A stretch of 63,682 nt of DNA, filler included, from Lenisia limosa (Eukaryota > Protista > Breviatea), in NCBI GenBank assembly GCA_001655205.1. It is 12 parts of 12 records of this genome, joined end to end, with 100 filler letters (N's around TTAATTAATTAA, not from the genome) between each part and the next. Parts side by side here need not be neighbours in the genome. Positions count along the whole stretch, not along the records: positions 1 to 18,688 come from LPNZ01000373.1; positions 18,789 to 25,171 come from LPNZ01003805.1; positions 25,272 to 27,128 come from LPNZ01004512.1; positions 27,229 to 32,324 come from LPNZ01003757.1; 8 more parts are not named here. One strand, written 5' to 3'. Position numbers and translations under genes: made by a program. Every line of letters starts with the position of its first letter. Position 1 is the first letter of the stretch. The notes under the pieces are model-generated. The model did no database searches and was not told where the DNA came from. It saw nothing but the letters and a program-made list of their open reading frames with translations. Below, piece after piece: positions 14,560-30,200 of the stretch.

Positions 14560-17130
14560 CGGTCCAACATTATCTCAAACACAACGTAGGAATAAAACTC
14601 AGAGTGGGTAATATAACTTAACCAAGGTTAGTAAAATGAAAGTAAATGTCTATTAATGAAGCTAGTTTCTCACTCAGAAAAGTACAAACAAAAATAATAG
14701 AATTGGACATAGAAAGGCTTAGTATACTTGTGGTAAGGCTGATGTAAGATTAACATCAAGTGGGTTTTGAAACGAATGACTGGCTAAATGAGGATTGTTC
14801 TCCTTTGATACAGTTGAAGAAGTGGTTGACGGGAGTACATTGTTAGATTGCAAAGAACCTGGTGTAGATCGACCTTAAGAAATGAGTAGAATATTCCATG
14901 ACATTTTCATACTACAGCATTCCAATATCAATTTCTATAATGAAATTATTCAATATCACAATTACAGAAAACAAGCTACAAATGAGAAAAGTTTGATCAA
15001 TCCGGGAACAGTCAAAATGTGAAATTAGAAAAAAGACAACATAGTATATCATATCATATACTATCCGTGAATTGTGACAAGCCTTAATCACGGATTGTGT
15101 TGGCATTTTGATCAGAAGTTGGGAGTAATCTGAAGGGTTCTATTTGTGAGTAATGCAAACCAAGTGAAGGCAGGTGATGGTGTTGCTGGCGATGAACAAC
15201 TCCTCTTGGAGAAATATATACTAATGCAGTTAGAAAAGTAAATAAGAATAAAAAATACAAGCATACCATATCATGTGTACACATTAGATGATATGAGTAA
15301 TTATATTCTCTTATACTTAATGGCTCTTTTTCTCAATGCAACTGAATGATATATTGATATCAAAATACGAGCTACTACTTTGTGGGGACCTCCACTCCTG
15401 GCACTGAATCAATAAGAAGCCCATACAGAGCGGAGGCAAGTCATCATTGTATCCTCAGATTAGGGTCGAGCCTTAACCTCCTCAACTAGTCTGTCAAGTA
15501 AGCCCCAGCTGCTCAATAGGCGAATGACGACGTGCGTTACGCCATTCTAGGCGGAGAGACAGTACCCCTTTCCTTGAGACGCTTCAGAGTGAAATCAACA
15601 CTGACGACAATCCCTTGCTTGTTTGGCAAGTCGTCAGCGGTGGCACTTGATGGCGTAAGAGGCTTCTTGACAGCAGTTGAAATAATAACTTTTCCAGCTT
15701 CCTGGCTTTTTGAGAAATTTGATCCATCTCAAATAGTGGTCTTGGACAACTTCACTATTTCGCCTAAGAGCACGGTTGATGGCGATATTGTTCATACCTA
15801 CCGTTTTTATGCATCTGGATAATTCTACCTTGAAGAAATAATTTGTCTACTAAAGTCATTTTAAACTTGTTAAAATTCATGAAAAATGTTTTCCCTTGAT
15901 AATAATATAATGAAAATAAAATAAGTGTCCAGTTAGAGTTGGAGATTACAGAAAATACCATTGTGATTATTGTCGGCATTTTTACCCCTTTCATTACAAA
16001 AACATGAAACAGGGTATGAGCTTCAAAATGTCGTTTTTGAAATTGAAAAAAGTTATAACAGCTTCTGAAACAAGGAGTGAGCTACATGATACACTCGGCG
16101 AGGCCCGCAGATCTAGTAGTATTGTTGTCGATGAGAAATTTTTAAACAAGCTGTATTGGGCCGAAGCAGTCCACATCATCATGCATACTAGATATCTATG
16201 ATTTGTAGAGATGAGATAAAAAAACACAATAGGTAGTATCTGGCCGAAGTTGTCCACACCATCACGCTTTTAATTGAGACAGTTGAGTCAAAGGTACTAT
16301 CTTCAATAATACGTTTTATTTGATAACGCAAATATGTAGTTTAATTTAATGCCGTAATACTCACGTTCATTGGGTTTTAAAGATGTTGCGAGCCCAGGAG
16401 TGACGGTATTCAGCTTCTCACCCAACTACAAAAGTTAGGGCAAGTCATTGACTTGTAGCAAGTTTGTTTCAACCCTTCCTACCGAATGGTTTAGCGACGG
16501 TAAAAATGGACTACCTTGGAAAATAAAGATGTGAAACCGAAGTTTTTCATCCTCCTGAGCGTACCTCGAGGGCTTCGAGAGCCTCTTGCGGAGAGCTTGT
16601 CAAGGGAGCCGCTGTGGACTTTATGTAAGGACGCATCTGATGATCGCCTTCGTCTTCGGATCTAAGAGTGGTTACTTCAAAAAAAAAATATATATTTGCA
16701 CCCAACCTGATCAGCGGATGGAAAAGCAGCATCACTTGTGGCAACATGCACAAGGCCAGGGAACTAAAACAATGAAGAGGGAGGGAGAGGTAACGATAAG
16801 CCTGTTGCACTTCTAAGCGGGCTTGGCGGATAGCAACTCAAGCAAACATTTGGTTTGGATGCAGGAAGGTTTAAACGGGGGACTGATGGGAGCTCCTCAG
16901 AAGGTGGCCCAGCGGATCCACTTGAGGTTGGGCCCATATTGTGCCTGTTTACATTCTTGCTGTCTTGCCTTGTGTGAGTATTAATTTCAGAGTCAAATTC
17001 AGTAAGATGATTCAAGAGCGGAAAAGAGTAGATTTGTATGTAAATATGTAAAAATGTCAAAAATAAAACCAGGCCAAAATTTTGTCTCCGGCTCCACTGT
17101 CTGGTCCTTGTTGGGTAATCCCCTGACTAT
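14560..17130 (-). CDS. Low-complexity Ser/Pro-rich exons, probably the C-terminal part of the FERM gene
   Basis: A series of GT-AG-bounded minus-strand exons (e.g. QDSKNVNRHNMGPTSSGSAGPPSEELPSVPRLNLP; LGEKLNTVTPGLATSLKPNE; GRSTPGSLQSNNVLPSTTSSTVSKENNPHL) in the same orientation as the FERM exons. Phase was not fully resolved and this could be a separate gene. Confidence 0.4.
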
Positions 17131-17329
17131 TCCTCAGAATGCCTGCTACTTGGCAAGTGCTTGGCTACTTTATACAATGAAATAGCATATCATTTTAATA
17201 ATAAGAAACGAATAAATACTGAAAGTAGAGAATAGAAACTGCTGGACTTCACTTGGCGAAAGAGTTAACGGCACGAAGATCAACTACACAATAAGAACAG
17301 ATACAGGGAGAAAATTCTTACTTTGAGAG

Positions 17330-18529
17330 TAGTCCACCTGATCAAACGCCATGTCTTCGAGGCCGTCACCCATGAGGTCATCAACTGCTTCCGTTGCAAG
17401 GTTGTCAACCTAGGTGGTTTAGACCTTCTACCATGCAAAATATTTAATTGAACAATGTTTCAGACCTGGTCAAATCCAATGTTTTGGGCCAATGGGTTGT
17501 TCCGAGTGAGTCCAAAACGTTGTCCCATGAAGTTCTCCCTGAAAGTTAGTCATCAACTGGGGTAACGTACTCTTCTAGACCCTTCTCTCTGCGCTCCTTT
17601 TGAATTTCCGAATGAATAAAAACCTGTTCGAAATGAGGTTGTGAATGACCAGCCAACCTGCTCTGCATCAACCATATCTTCTATTGAATTATAGATGAAC
17701 TCAATAAGAGGGGCCTGGTGTATAAAGGCAAAGGTGAAAGAGATCAACCAACTTGAAAAGACTTGAAGGCATTCTCTGGTCCAAATTCCGAAGCTGATCC
17801 TTCGGGGGCCGCTTCATAAATGCCAACGTATGTATCAACAATATGCAAGCGACCAATTTCGGCTGTTGAAAAAAACCGTTTCACTTCGTATTGGTACTAA
17901 AAAAATTAACTCGATAATTCAATATCGCGCCACATACCTGACCCTTTGGCGAAAGAATCAGAATTCCATCTTGAGAAAGTCCAATCATTTCAGACCGCTT
18001 CTTCTTCGAGCTAAAGAGAAATTATCAATGAAAAAAAAAAAAAAAAAGAAGAAGAAGAAGTTCATACAGGCTGAAGATAGTCTCAACATTACCTTGATTT
18101 TAGTTATCTCACCCAATAAGTAATTCTTTATACCTTCCCAGAGTCCAGAAAATTTTTGAAACAAAAAAGCCCAAATCAACNNNNNNNNNNNNNNNNNNNN
18201 NNNNNNNNNNNNNNNNNNNNNNNNNNNNNNNNNNNNNNNNNNNNNNNNNNNNNNNNNNAAAGTAAGAAATTAAGGTACAAGACAAATATAATAAAGTAAT
18301 ATCAACTGGTTTATGCTATGAAACCTGTTATTCAAGACCAACTAACTCAAGATGAAAGAATGAGGATGCATAATAGGGGTTTCTGCGCAGCTGAGAAAGG
18401 GATAGAAGAAGGGCAATGTGAAACTCGGTTTTTTTCAATTCAGCATAGGCTGCAAATATGTTGGAACACCAGTGGAACGGACTCATCAAGTTGAGATAGG
18501 GGGGTGGAACAACTTCTGCAAGCTTCGAC
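17330..18529 (-). CDS. FERM-domain protein, F2/F3 lobe exons (5' end lost at the contig linker near 18,690)
   Basis: SKLAEVVPPPYLNLMSPFHWCSNIFAAYAELKKTEFHIALLLSLSQLRRNPYYASSFFHLE resembles the end of FERM F2 (PxxY...W...AYxxL...L..LR.xPxYGxxFF). It is followed by MIGLSQDGILILSPKGQ|YQYEVKRFFSTAEIGRLHIV (PTB-like F3 lobe). Confidence 0.7.
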
Positions 18530-18688
18530 CTGGAAAATAAGATGGCATACAGTTGTTTTTTTTTGTTTTTTTTCAATATCCCACTTACGCTACCCATTTG
18601 ATTGAATTTTCTTTTGAAAACTTACCATGTTGAAGCTGAAGTTATGAGAAAAGTATAAATAGAATCACAATAGGTGATTAGAAGGAGC

Positions 18689-18788
18689 NNNNNNNNNNNN
18701 NNNNNNNNNNNNNNNNNNNNNNNNNNNNNNNNTTAATTAATTAANNNNNNNNNNNNNNNNNNNNNNNNNNNNNNNNNNNNNNNNNNNN
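18689..18788. other. Artificial contig linker (N-run + TTAATTAATTAA + N-run); first of 11
   Basis: An identical 12-mer (stops in all six frames) centred in ~100 N at about 18733, 25216, 27173, 32369, 36173, 40558, 45960, 47855, 49422, 51093 and 55599. Genes are truncated at these points. Confidence 0.95.
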
Positions 18789-18802
18789 TTAAAGAATGTG
18801 AC

Positions 18803-21365
<2,563 letters not shown>

Positions 21366-23067
21366 CCTTTGGGGGAATTAATAAATACTATCTGGGTGAG
21401 GAGATGAACTAATCNNNNNNNNNNNNNNNNNNNNNNNNNNNNNNNNNNNNNNNNNNNNNNNNNNNNNNNNNNNNNNNNNNNNNNNNNNNNNNNNNNNNNN
21501 NNNNNNNNNNNNNNNNNNNNNNNNNNNNNNNNNNNNNGTATTGCAATATCCATGTAGAGAGGGCAAATCACGCTTATCAGAGATATTGGATTATAGTGCC
21601 TCGCCGAAACCGTCCACAGTATCATGGTTATAAGATATATTGAATTATAGTATATCGATATATGTATATTTATTTACCTAGTCGATACAATCCTACACTT
21701 TCATTGCTACTAACAAGTTAATACACAACCAGCCAAATTAAATAACCATGCTCAGTTAATCCCCATTATAGAGAAATAAAAATATATAAAAAAGGATGTA
21801 TCTGAGCATCATTAAAAGAAAAGGTTTAATTTTCAAAGCTCAAAAAGCTGAATTGTTATCTCTTATTCCCACAAATAAGTTTGGGTTTACACAATCAATG
21901 TTCACTTTTCCCCCAACAGAAAAACATTTCAAATAATTGAATTTTGTTCGACTATGGCGTTGATAAGCATGATGATGTTGACGGTCTCAGCTTGGAGGAA
22001 TATGTATATATTAAAGTACATGACTATATTCCAAGGCGGATATATGTCTCAGCCAGATACTTCTCTGCTTATTCCTATTCCCATATTTCCCCATATGTTG
22101 CATGATGGGTGATCGAGAGAGTGCACACCTTCACTCCCGCTGCTGTAAAGCCTGCTTTTCGAGGTACAGGTTGAACACCATCACGCATAAGGCTGTCCTT
22201 GCGATGCATGGTAACGTTTTGGGGCCAAACTCAACGCTGTTGTCGTTGTTCTGCTAGATTCCGCGCTTCTATTTAAGAAGACATTGTATTTGGGGTTATT
22301 CCAGTGCTTAAACTTTCATATACTGGCTCACAGAAAAAAATTATTGACTATATATATAGTGCAATCAAAACCAATCACTTATAATCAACCGTTTTTGCCC
22401 GTTTCCAGCCTCTCTGGCCGCTATAGTCTAGATAAGAATGTGCAGCAATTGAATAATTAGATATTCTATATAGCCATGTGATTCGATCCTCGAATAGTTA
22501 AGTTATGGAGACAGAAGACCCCATATCGCCTCTGCTTCTAAAGCTAAAAGCCTGTAAGCCCTTTCTATCTTCTATTTGTCATTATATACCTTATTAAATG
22601 ATTCCATTGGCATCTTGTGTTGCCGTGGCATTCACAGGTGATTTTCGATCTTCCACCCAACGCTTTTCACCTTTATATTTCCAAGTTACTTTTGGAAAAC
22701 AAAAACCCGTTTTGTTTTAATTTGGTCAATTTTATGATTGATCTGCAATCCTTTCGGGTATTAACGAGTATTGGTTTCCTTCTCTTAACTTCTATTCAAA
22801 TGGCAGGCAAGTATTGATATTATGAGGATTGTTAAGTGCTTCATTTCTGTCACTGAAAAATTTATAAAATCTCCATATTTTGAAACCATAAGTAAAAACC
22901 TCTCTTCTCTATCATTATCATATCTTCTTCTCTATCATCATCATATCTTCTTCTCTCTCATCATCATATCTCCCCTCCTTCTATTCTATCATAATCACAT
23001 TTCTCTTCTCTACCCCTATAACGTACACTGGAGGGATGGACTCATGTGTGTTGCAAGTACATAACTA

Positions 23068-23162
23068 GGGCTTCACTTCGGTTCAAAAAAGACTGGTAAA
23101 ATATCGATAGTTTTCGAGGATTTAGATAAATGCATCCTTTTTTTCGAACCGAAGTGAAACCC
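23068..23162. mobile_element. MITE, family A
   Basis: ta|gggcttcacttcggttcaaaaaagac ... ttttttcgaaccgaagtgaaaccc. Confidence 0.82.
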
Positions 23163-25925
23163 TGCATATAACTCATTAATTCTCTATTTTATCTTTGTCT
23201 GTTTGGAGTTTCAGATTTCGTGATTGGTTGGTACCTTTACGCCAATGTTTTTGATCAAAATTTCCTTCATTTTACTCCCCAATAGATGCGGACTCCCATC
23301 CGGCGGCGCTCTCGTCGACGTCTTTGGCCACTTCAGAGCCTGTCAAGGTTATCCGCTCAACTGTCCCCGGNNNNNNNNNNNNNNNNNNNNNNNNNNNNNN
23401 NNNNNNNNNNNNNNNNNNNNNNNNNNNNNNNNNNNNNNNNNNNNNNNNNNNNNNNNNNNNNNNNNNNNNNGTTTTAGGCTCTGGGCTAGGTGATAGCAGG
23501 GAGGTTCTTGTGTGTTTGAGGACATAAGAACAAGAGCATAATGCTTTATAAAGAAGCCGTACACTCTCATAATAACCCCAAGAGTTGATTTGGAAGAATA
23601 TGGATTGTCCCTTTTTTACCTTCATGATTGATAGCAAACACACCGTTATATGGATATCTAAAACAACATAAGATTACTATCTCAGAGAGTAAGTGGCACA
23701 AAAACCCTAAGAGAAGAGTTTATTTGGATGGGGGGTGGGGGGTTGCGTACAATTGTACTTTTTGCCGCCATATATGTATGAAACAAATCAACTCTGTTGG
23801 ATGACAACCCCAATTTTGGAAGGGGAGGTTGCGTACAATTGTCATTTTTTTATTCCATACCTAAGATAGATATCAAACACAACATAAGATAGATATGCTA
23901 CCTATGACAACCTAAGATAGATATATCCAAGACACCGTCCCTCTTTACTCCATAGTGATCAAAGAGAACATTGTTACTCTGGTGAAGCACTGCAGCGTTG
24001 AAGGACTATCAGAAGCCCAGATCTCGCAATGCGTGCGTCTCATCTGTTCGGCGTCTTTTAGTGGGAGTGGGGATGGAGGCCTTGGCGTTGCTTCAATGAC
24101 CTGGGAGGGGTGATAAAATGTTGATTTAAAAACAATAAAAAACACCCACAACAATAAAAAAACCCAAAATAACCCGATTTTAGGTGAGCCGTGCATTCGA
24201 CAGCTGCTTTCAGGGTGTGTTCCAAGGGACGCTATCCAGGCTGCAGACGCTCGAAGTCTTGTTGCAAGTTTAACTTGTAAGGGGGTGAGAGATTTATGTA
24301 ATATTATATGATATATTCTATCTGTAATGGTATGATATTTTTAATATTTTTATTATACTATCAACAAATATGTGCTTTTATATTCGTAAAACTCATAAAA
24401 TGAACATATTGATCCTTGCGCCGCCTGCCCCCCTGTATCGGGGAAATGTTTTAAGAGTTTTTTTTCTATGTCTTTCCACTACTCTTTTTTATTTCCTAAG
24501 GACTTGCCTTATAAGGAAGGTTCACCCTATTTTTTTTTTATATATATTTTAGGGATGGGCCAAGGCCTGCGGGTCCAAGTTCTCAAGTGGCTTGTAACAG
24601 TTTTCCACTTTTTGGTGCCGAAAATCGGCCTTCGCACATTGTACACCACCATTTTTCCACTTCTTCAATACGATTATCTCAGGTACGTTCGATTTCACCT
24701 CCCTACGGCGCGTTGTCTTGGGATTCCTATGACTTATATGGAATTCCTAATATTTACATGGGAATCTCTTGTATAATTTTGTGGAAATTTGAAGAAATTT
24801 ATGATCCTCAAACTCCTCAAGATCCCCAGTGACATTTTCTGACCAATTGTCTTTATGTAGTATACAGAAAACACATTTAGTATCATCAAAAGATAGTGAT
24901 ACCAGAGTATTATTAAGGGAACCTATATTTCTTACTTTTTCACTCAATATTTCTCTCATATCTCTGACGTTTTCAGGCCAATTGTCTGTCATTTTCTCTT
25001 TCTGCTTACTCGAAAAGAAGACGTTCTGAGTTACCGAATTCGTGAACTGTAAGCCGTGCAATTAATTGATAAATGTAAAAAATGCCTAAGTATATGATAT
25101 TTAGTTATATCATAGTAATTCAGTGACCGATAAGTCTTGACCTATTTTCCTTGCAATCTGTAAAGTCTTATNNNNNNNNNNNNNNNNNNNNNNNNNNNNN
25201 NNNNNNNNNNNNNNNTTAATTAATTAANNNNNNNNNNNNNNNNNNNNNNNNNNNNNNNNNNNNNNNNNNNNGATTTCCTTCAATACTCCCCAGCAGCCTT
25301 CTCAGCCTCATCAAGTATGCTTAATAGTATAAGGACTTTTGAAGAAATTATAAAGTGTCTGAAATTGAGTTTCATAACAATATTATATAATTCACTTCAT
25401 TTTGCAATTAATGGTAGTAACTCCACACCTTTGCAAATCGGTCAAGACCTATCCCGGTCACTGTATTCCGCAAAACATTGCCTTGATTTTTTTTTTTTTG
25501 TTTTGTTACATAAATTATATTGAAATTTCTTTCGTGTTACGTACCCCCAGGCTACATCTCCAGCTNNNNNNNNNNNNNNNNNNNNNNNNNNNNNNNNNNN
25601 NNNNNNNNNNNNNNNNNNNNNNNNNNNNNNNNNNNNNNNNNNNNNNNNNNNNNNNNNNNNNNNNNNNNNNNNNNNNNTATCTTCAAAAAAAAGAAGGAGA
25701 ATGATAAAGGTACATGTATATCACATCACTACGTGGAAAATGATAGTTCAGTTTTATGAAATTGTCGCGTCAACCAAGAGTTGATTTGCGCTTTGTTTCA
25801 TTAATTATTCAATTTACTCCCCCCAACCCTTCCAGCCCGGACACATCGATGCAGCTGGTATTGCGGTGCGACCTGAGGAGAGGCGTCTAGGCCGAGTCAA
25901 GGGAGAAATGTTGGTGGGGTATTTA

Positions 25926-26020
25926 AGGCTTCACTTCGGTTCGAAAAAAGACTGAGCTTCTCGAAAAATCCTCGAAAACTATTGATATTTCCACGGTTTG
26001 TTTCGAACCAAAGTGAAGCT
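25926..26020. mobile_element. MITE, family A
   Basis: ggcttcacttcggttcgaaaaaagactgagc ... tttcgaaccaaagtgaagc. Confidence 0.78.
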
Positions 26021-28083
26021 GTTTTTGAAATGTTGCTTTTGTATGATAAACGAGAGTATACTCTTTGATATTTTATATATGATTTGAATCTTTGTGGGTA
26101 ATCATGGCAACATTTTTCAAATATTAATGGGGAACTTTTTATTACAATTACCCTCTCCCCAGGGAAAGGTTCATCATTGAGTTCCGCAACAACCCAACTG
26201 ACAAGCTTGGCCAGGTTGCTNNNNNNNNNNNNNNNNNNNNNNNNNNNNNNNNNNNNNNNNNNNNNNNNNNNNNNNNNNNNNNNNNNNNNNNNNNNNNNNN
26301 NNNNNNATTTCCCAAGAGAATCGGTCAAGACATCTCGGTCACTAAATACATTAGAATGCATTAGAAATCTAGGGGAAATAAATACATTGGGATACCATAA
26401 ACAAATTACCAAAAATTGCAACCCAATTTCAATTAAATCCATTAATTTGGTACGGGAAAGGGGCCGGGGGGGGGGGGGGNNNNNNNNNNNNNNNNNNNNN
26501 NNNNNNNNNNNNNNNNNNNNNNNNNNNNNNNNNNNNNNNNNNNNNNNNNNNNNNNNNNNNNNNNNNNNNNNNNNNNNNNNNNNNNNNNNNNNNNNNNNNN
26601 NNNNNNNNNNNNNNNNNNNNNNNNNNNNNNNNNNNNNNNNNNNNNNNNNNNNNNNNNNNNNNNNNNNNNNNNNNNNNNNNNNNNNNNNNNNNNNNCCACG
26701 ACACTACGACGAGGATGGATATCGAAATCGCCGTACAGCTGTTTAAGGTAGGATTTTAGAGGGGAAAACACTGTAACGTACAGTTTCTTATGGTAGGATT
26801 TAATAAATAAAAAAACCCCACACCACAATATGTTTTTTAGTGTTTTGGGCTTTTTTTTATTCATAAATGTTCCAATTTTACTCCTTTTTTTGCAGTAAAG
26901 TCTCTATTGAAACTAGGATCATAGAGATACACACCAAAATTTGAATTTAACCACTTTAGGAACTTCGCTCATGGCTCGTGAAATGGACTTCAAATTCGTA
27001 GGGAGGGAGGAGTGCTTTTTGATTATCATTGTTTTATATATCATATATATGTATGTATATGTAGATACTATATGCTCACGGTCCTAAATGGTGTCATTAA
27101 TTCCAAAATGGTGTCATTAATTTGGAAANNNNNNNNNNNNNNNNNNNNNNNNNNNNNNNNNNNNNNNNNNNNTTAATTAATTAANNNNNNNNNNNNNNNN
27201 NNNNNNNNNNNNNNNNNNNNNNNNNNNNTTTGGTGATTGTTTACACTGTTACTCCAGATGTTTGCTCAGTTTCTGTTTTTGCTTGTTACTAGTGAATAGA
27301 AATAGTGAGACCCTATTGTAACCAAAATAAATAGAACAAAATATATCAAAAAAAAAAAAAAATACCAAATAAATGCACAAAACAACCACTATCAATTTTT
27401 GCGTGGCTTCTTTGGAGCTGGAGTTGCTTTCTTCTTTTATTTTTAGTCTTGAGGTTCTCTGCCAACTTGTTCAAACCTCTATGCTGAATAAGAAAACAGA
27501 CATAGCACCCACTTTAATCATTGATTTGATTGCATCCCGTCCCTTCTCGAGAGCATTCTTGTCAATTGGTGGTCTTCCTGCTCTGTTTCCTGTCAACTTT
27601 TGAAGAAAGATCCAATTGAACACATTTGATATTTGCGAGTTTTTTTTACTGCATCCCTGGTGTAGACCTTGGAATATTTACAGCGTATTCGCTGTAGGCC
27701 GGAAAAATCAAAAAAGAAGATAGACCATAAGGCGAATTTGGTGGTAAATTTAAAAAATCGGAAGCGGCAATATCAACACAGGTTTCGATCTCTTTAGGGG
27801 AGAGATACACTTTCCAGTTACCGTTTTCAACGTCCATATCCCTCAACTTGTTTTCATAGGAGTTGGGTTTGGTTGGTCTCCCTTTATAAAAAGGTGAGCA
27901 GTTTTCAAATTGGTCGTAAAAAACTCAATAATCCTAAAACGGGAACAAAAAGATTCAGAAATGTGCGGTGGCGATGCAAAAAAAAAAAAAAANNNNNNNN
28001 NNNNNNNNNNNNNNNNNNNNNNNNNNNNNNNNNNNNNNNNNNNNNNNNNNNNNAAATTTCTACAATCATATATTTGATTGTAG

Positions 28084-28321
28084 AAATTATTTCACAAAGA
28101 ACCCTGATATCATCGCCCCTCATATTGTTGAAGCGACCCCTGAAGCTACTAAAGCTGCAAGGCACAACTCATGTTACCTTTTGGGATACAATGGCTCCTC
28201 CTTCTTTTCGACAATGAGTGTACTAAAGTTCTTGGAAATGGTATCAAAACGAGGAAATCATGGACCGGATAACGTGGGCCTTGTCACTATGGATGGCGCC
28301 AGAATTCACGTTTCAGCTGAG
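28084..28321 (+). pseudogene. pogo/Tigger-like (DDE_1) transposase exon, copy 1
   Basis: YFTKNPDIIAPHIVEATPEATKAARHNSCYLLGYNGSSFFSTMSVLKFLEMVSKRGNHGPDNVGLVTMDGARIHVSAE|gtacgg resembles the DDE_1 segment leading to the second catalytic Asp (LL.LDG..SH...E). It aligns by eye with copy 2 at 29.3-29.6 kb. Confidence 0.55.
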
Positions 28322-29334
28322 GTACGGTATTCTTTTATTTCCATTTTCATCAATTATTATATTTTACTTCCCAGGTTTGTGCACTTGCCTTGTATAAGCT
28401 CGTCCTCCTCATCGTCATCGAGCCATCATTCACATCACACTTCCTCCAAATAAGGATTATTGTATATCATACGATATTTACTATTATTTATTTTTTGCAT
28501 TGAAATTCAAGCAACCTAGAGTAGTAACAAAGTAGGTTGGAGACCAGTATAACCACGCATATGTTAATAAAAAATTGCGATCAAAAATTCAGTCTTTTAG
28601 CAAGAAGCATGGAAATAAGNNNNNNNNNNNNNNNNNNNNNNNNNNNNNNNNNNNNNNNNNNNNNNNNNNNNNNNNNNNNNNNNNNNNNNNNNNNNNNNNN
28701 NNNNNNNNNNNNNNNNNNNNNNNNNNNNNNNNNNNNNNNNNNNNNNNNNNNNNNNNNNNNNNNNNNNNNNNNNNNNNNNNNNNNNNNNNNNNNNNNNNNN
28801 NNNNNNNNNNNNNNNNNNNNNNNNNNNNNNNNNNNNNNNNNNNNNNNNNNNNNNNNNNNNNNNNNNNNNNNNNNNNNNNNNNNNNNNNNNNNNNNNNNNN
28901 NNGCTTACATTGATCCATTCACCACTTTCAAGCCGAAGCCCACACCTGAGAAAATCATCAAGTTCCATACAATGTTGAATGAAAGGAACTCAAAGGGCAA
29001 TCTGAAGCACCAGTTTGCAATGGTCAAGTCAACCAAGGAGCGAGTACAGAAGGATATTGGCAGCAATAACCCATTCTATGAAGGGGCTGCCTCAATGGCT
29101 GTTCTTCTCTGTTGATGCCCCCCCTTCCGCCTTAAAGTAAGTTCTCGCTGCTTCAACAATTTTGTGTGCCTCTTCAGCCATACATGATATTGTGTTAAAG
29201 GTTTGAATGAATTGGTATCTGTAGCCTTGCTGGAGAAGTTGTTGAATCCACAATTGTGGCAGGAGGACAGAACTACTATGACAAAGCTGTGAAAGAAAAT
29301 CAAAAGATCGAGAAAGAAAAGAGGAAACAGGTCA

Positions 29335-30200
29335 AAAGGCCGCATCTGATACTGATAGAATGGAAGCTCCGGCTCAAAGAGCCGTTGACAGCGCCAAGAA
29401 GCATAATATGCATCATATTGGAGTGACAAAGAGCGCGTTCTTTTCAACGGAGGATTTCATCAAGACACTCTCAATTCTTTAAGAGAAGTATGATTCAAGT
29501 CCAAGCAACCATATTCGGGTGATTGGTGATTCTACCAGAATTCATACTGCAGCAGAGGTATGAAGCAAGCAATACATATGATGGTTCCCATATTAATTTC
29601 CCTATGAATAATTTTATTCTGCTTTAGGTAGCAGCTAATGCATTTACGACTTATGGTATTATGATCATGACGGAACCAGCTTCAACATCACATTTTCTAC
29701 AGGTTTGATTAAGTGGGGTTATGGTGAAAAATGAGGTGTGTTATTATTAACTCAAATTTAGGTTGCTGATTCATATTATCATGTCTTCGTGAATCACGAG
29801 CTTGGTCGTCTCATAAATGAATATCTTGTCTCCCAAAAAAATACGTTTGCTGGGAAACTGGAGACATTTCAATTAATGCTTTGTTTTGTTTTCACATGTT
29901 TCAGTTGCTGTGGAAATTGGTGCTAAAGCGTTAAGAGCCCCAAGCTATTCAACTGTACGTGCATCACTTCTTTCGTGTGGTTACACTCCTGATGGTCATG
30001 AGCCTCTGAAAATAGCAAGTAGTGTCTACACCAAAGGAGCACTCTTCCGCCCCCTCCCCCCCATTTACCCCAGAATCACTCCACAGTACCTGCATTCGCT
30101 ATTCTCATTTACTAACACTCATGCACCACACTCGTCACCTAACACCTATCATCGCTGCCTGGCATACCCCAAATTATTTTTTTTAGCTACATAATTGATA
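29335..30200 (+). pseudogene. pogo/Tigger-like (DDE_1) transposase relic with spliceosomal introns, copy 2
   Basis: ...SAFFSTEDFIKTLSIL*EKYDSSPSNHIRVIGDSTRIHTAAE|VAANAFTTYGIMIMTEPASTSHFLQ|VADSYYHVFVNHEL...TVRASLLSCGYTP. EPASTSHFLQVAD corresponds to the LPPxTSHxLQPLD motif. In-frame TAA at 29480-29482; GT-AG introns at 29558-29627 and 29703-29761; more stop-containing frames continue to about 30580. Confidence 0.6.

Noticed and set aside
25836-26998. Exon-like islands (PGHIDAAGIAVRP; ERFIIEFRNNPTDKLGQVA; MDIEIAVQLFK; GTSLMAREMDFKF) faintly recalling glycogen debranching enzyme
   Set aside because: Too fragmentary and gap-ridden to support a product name.
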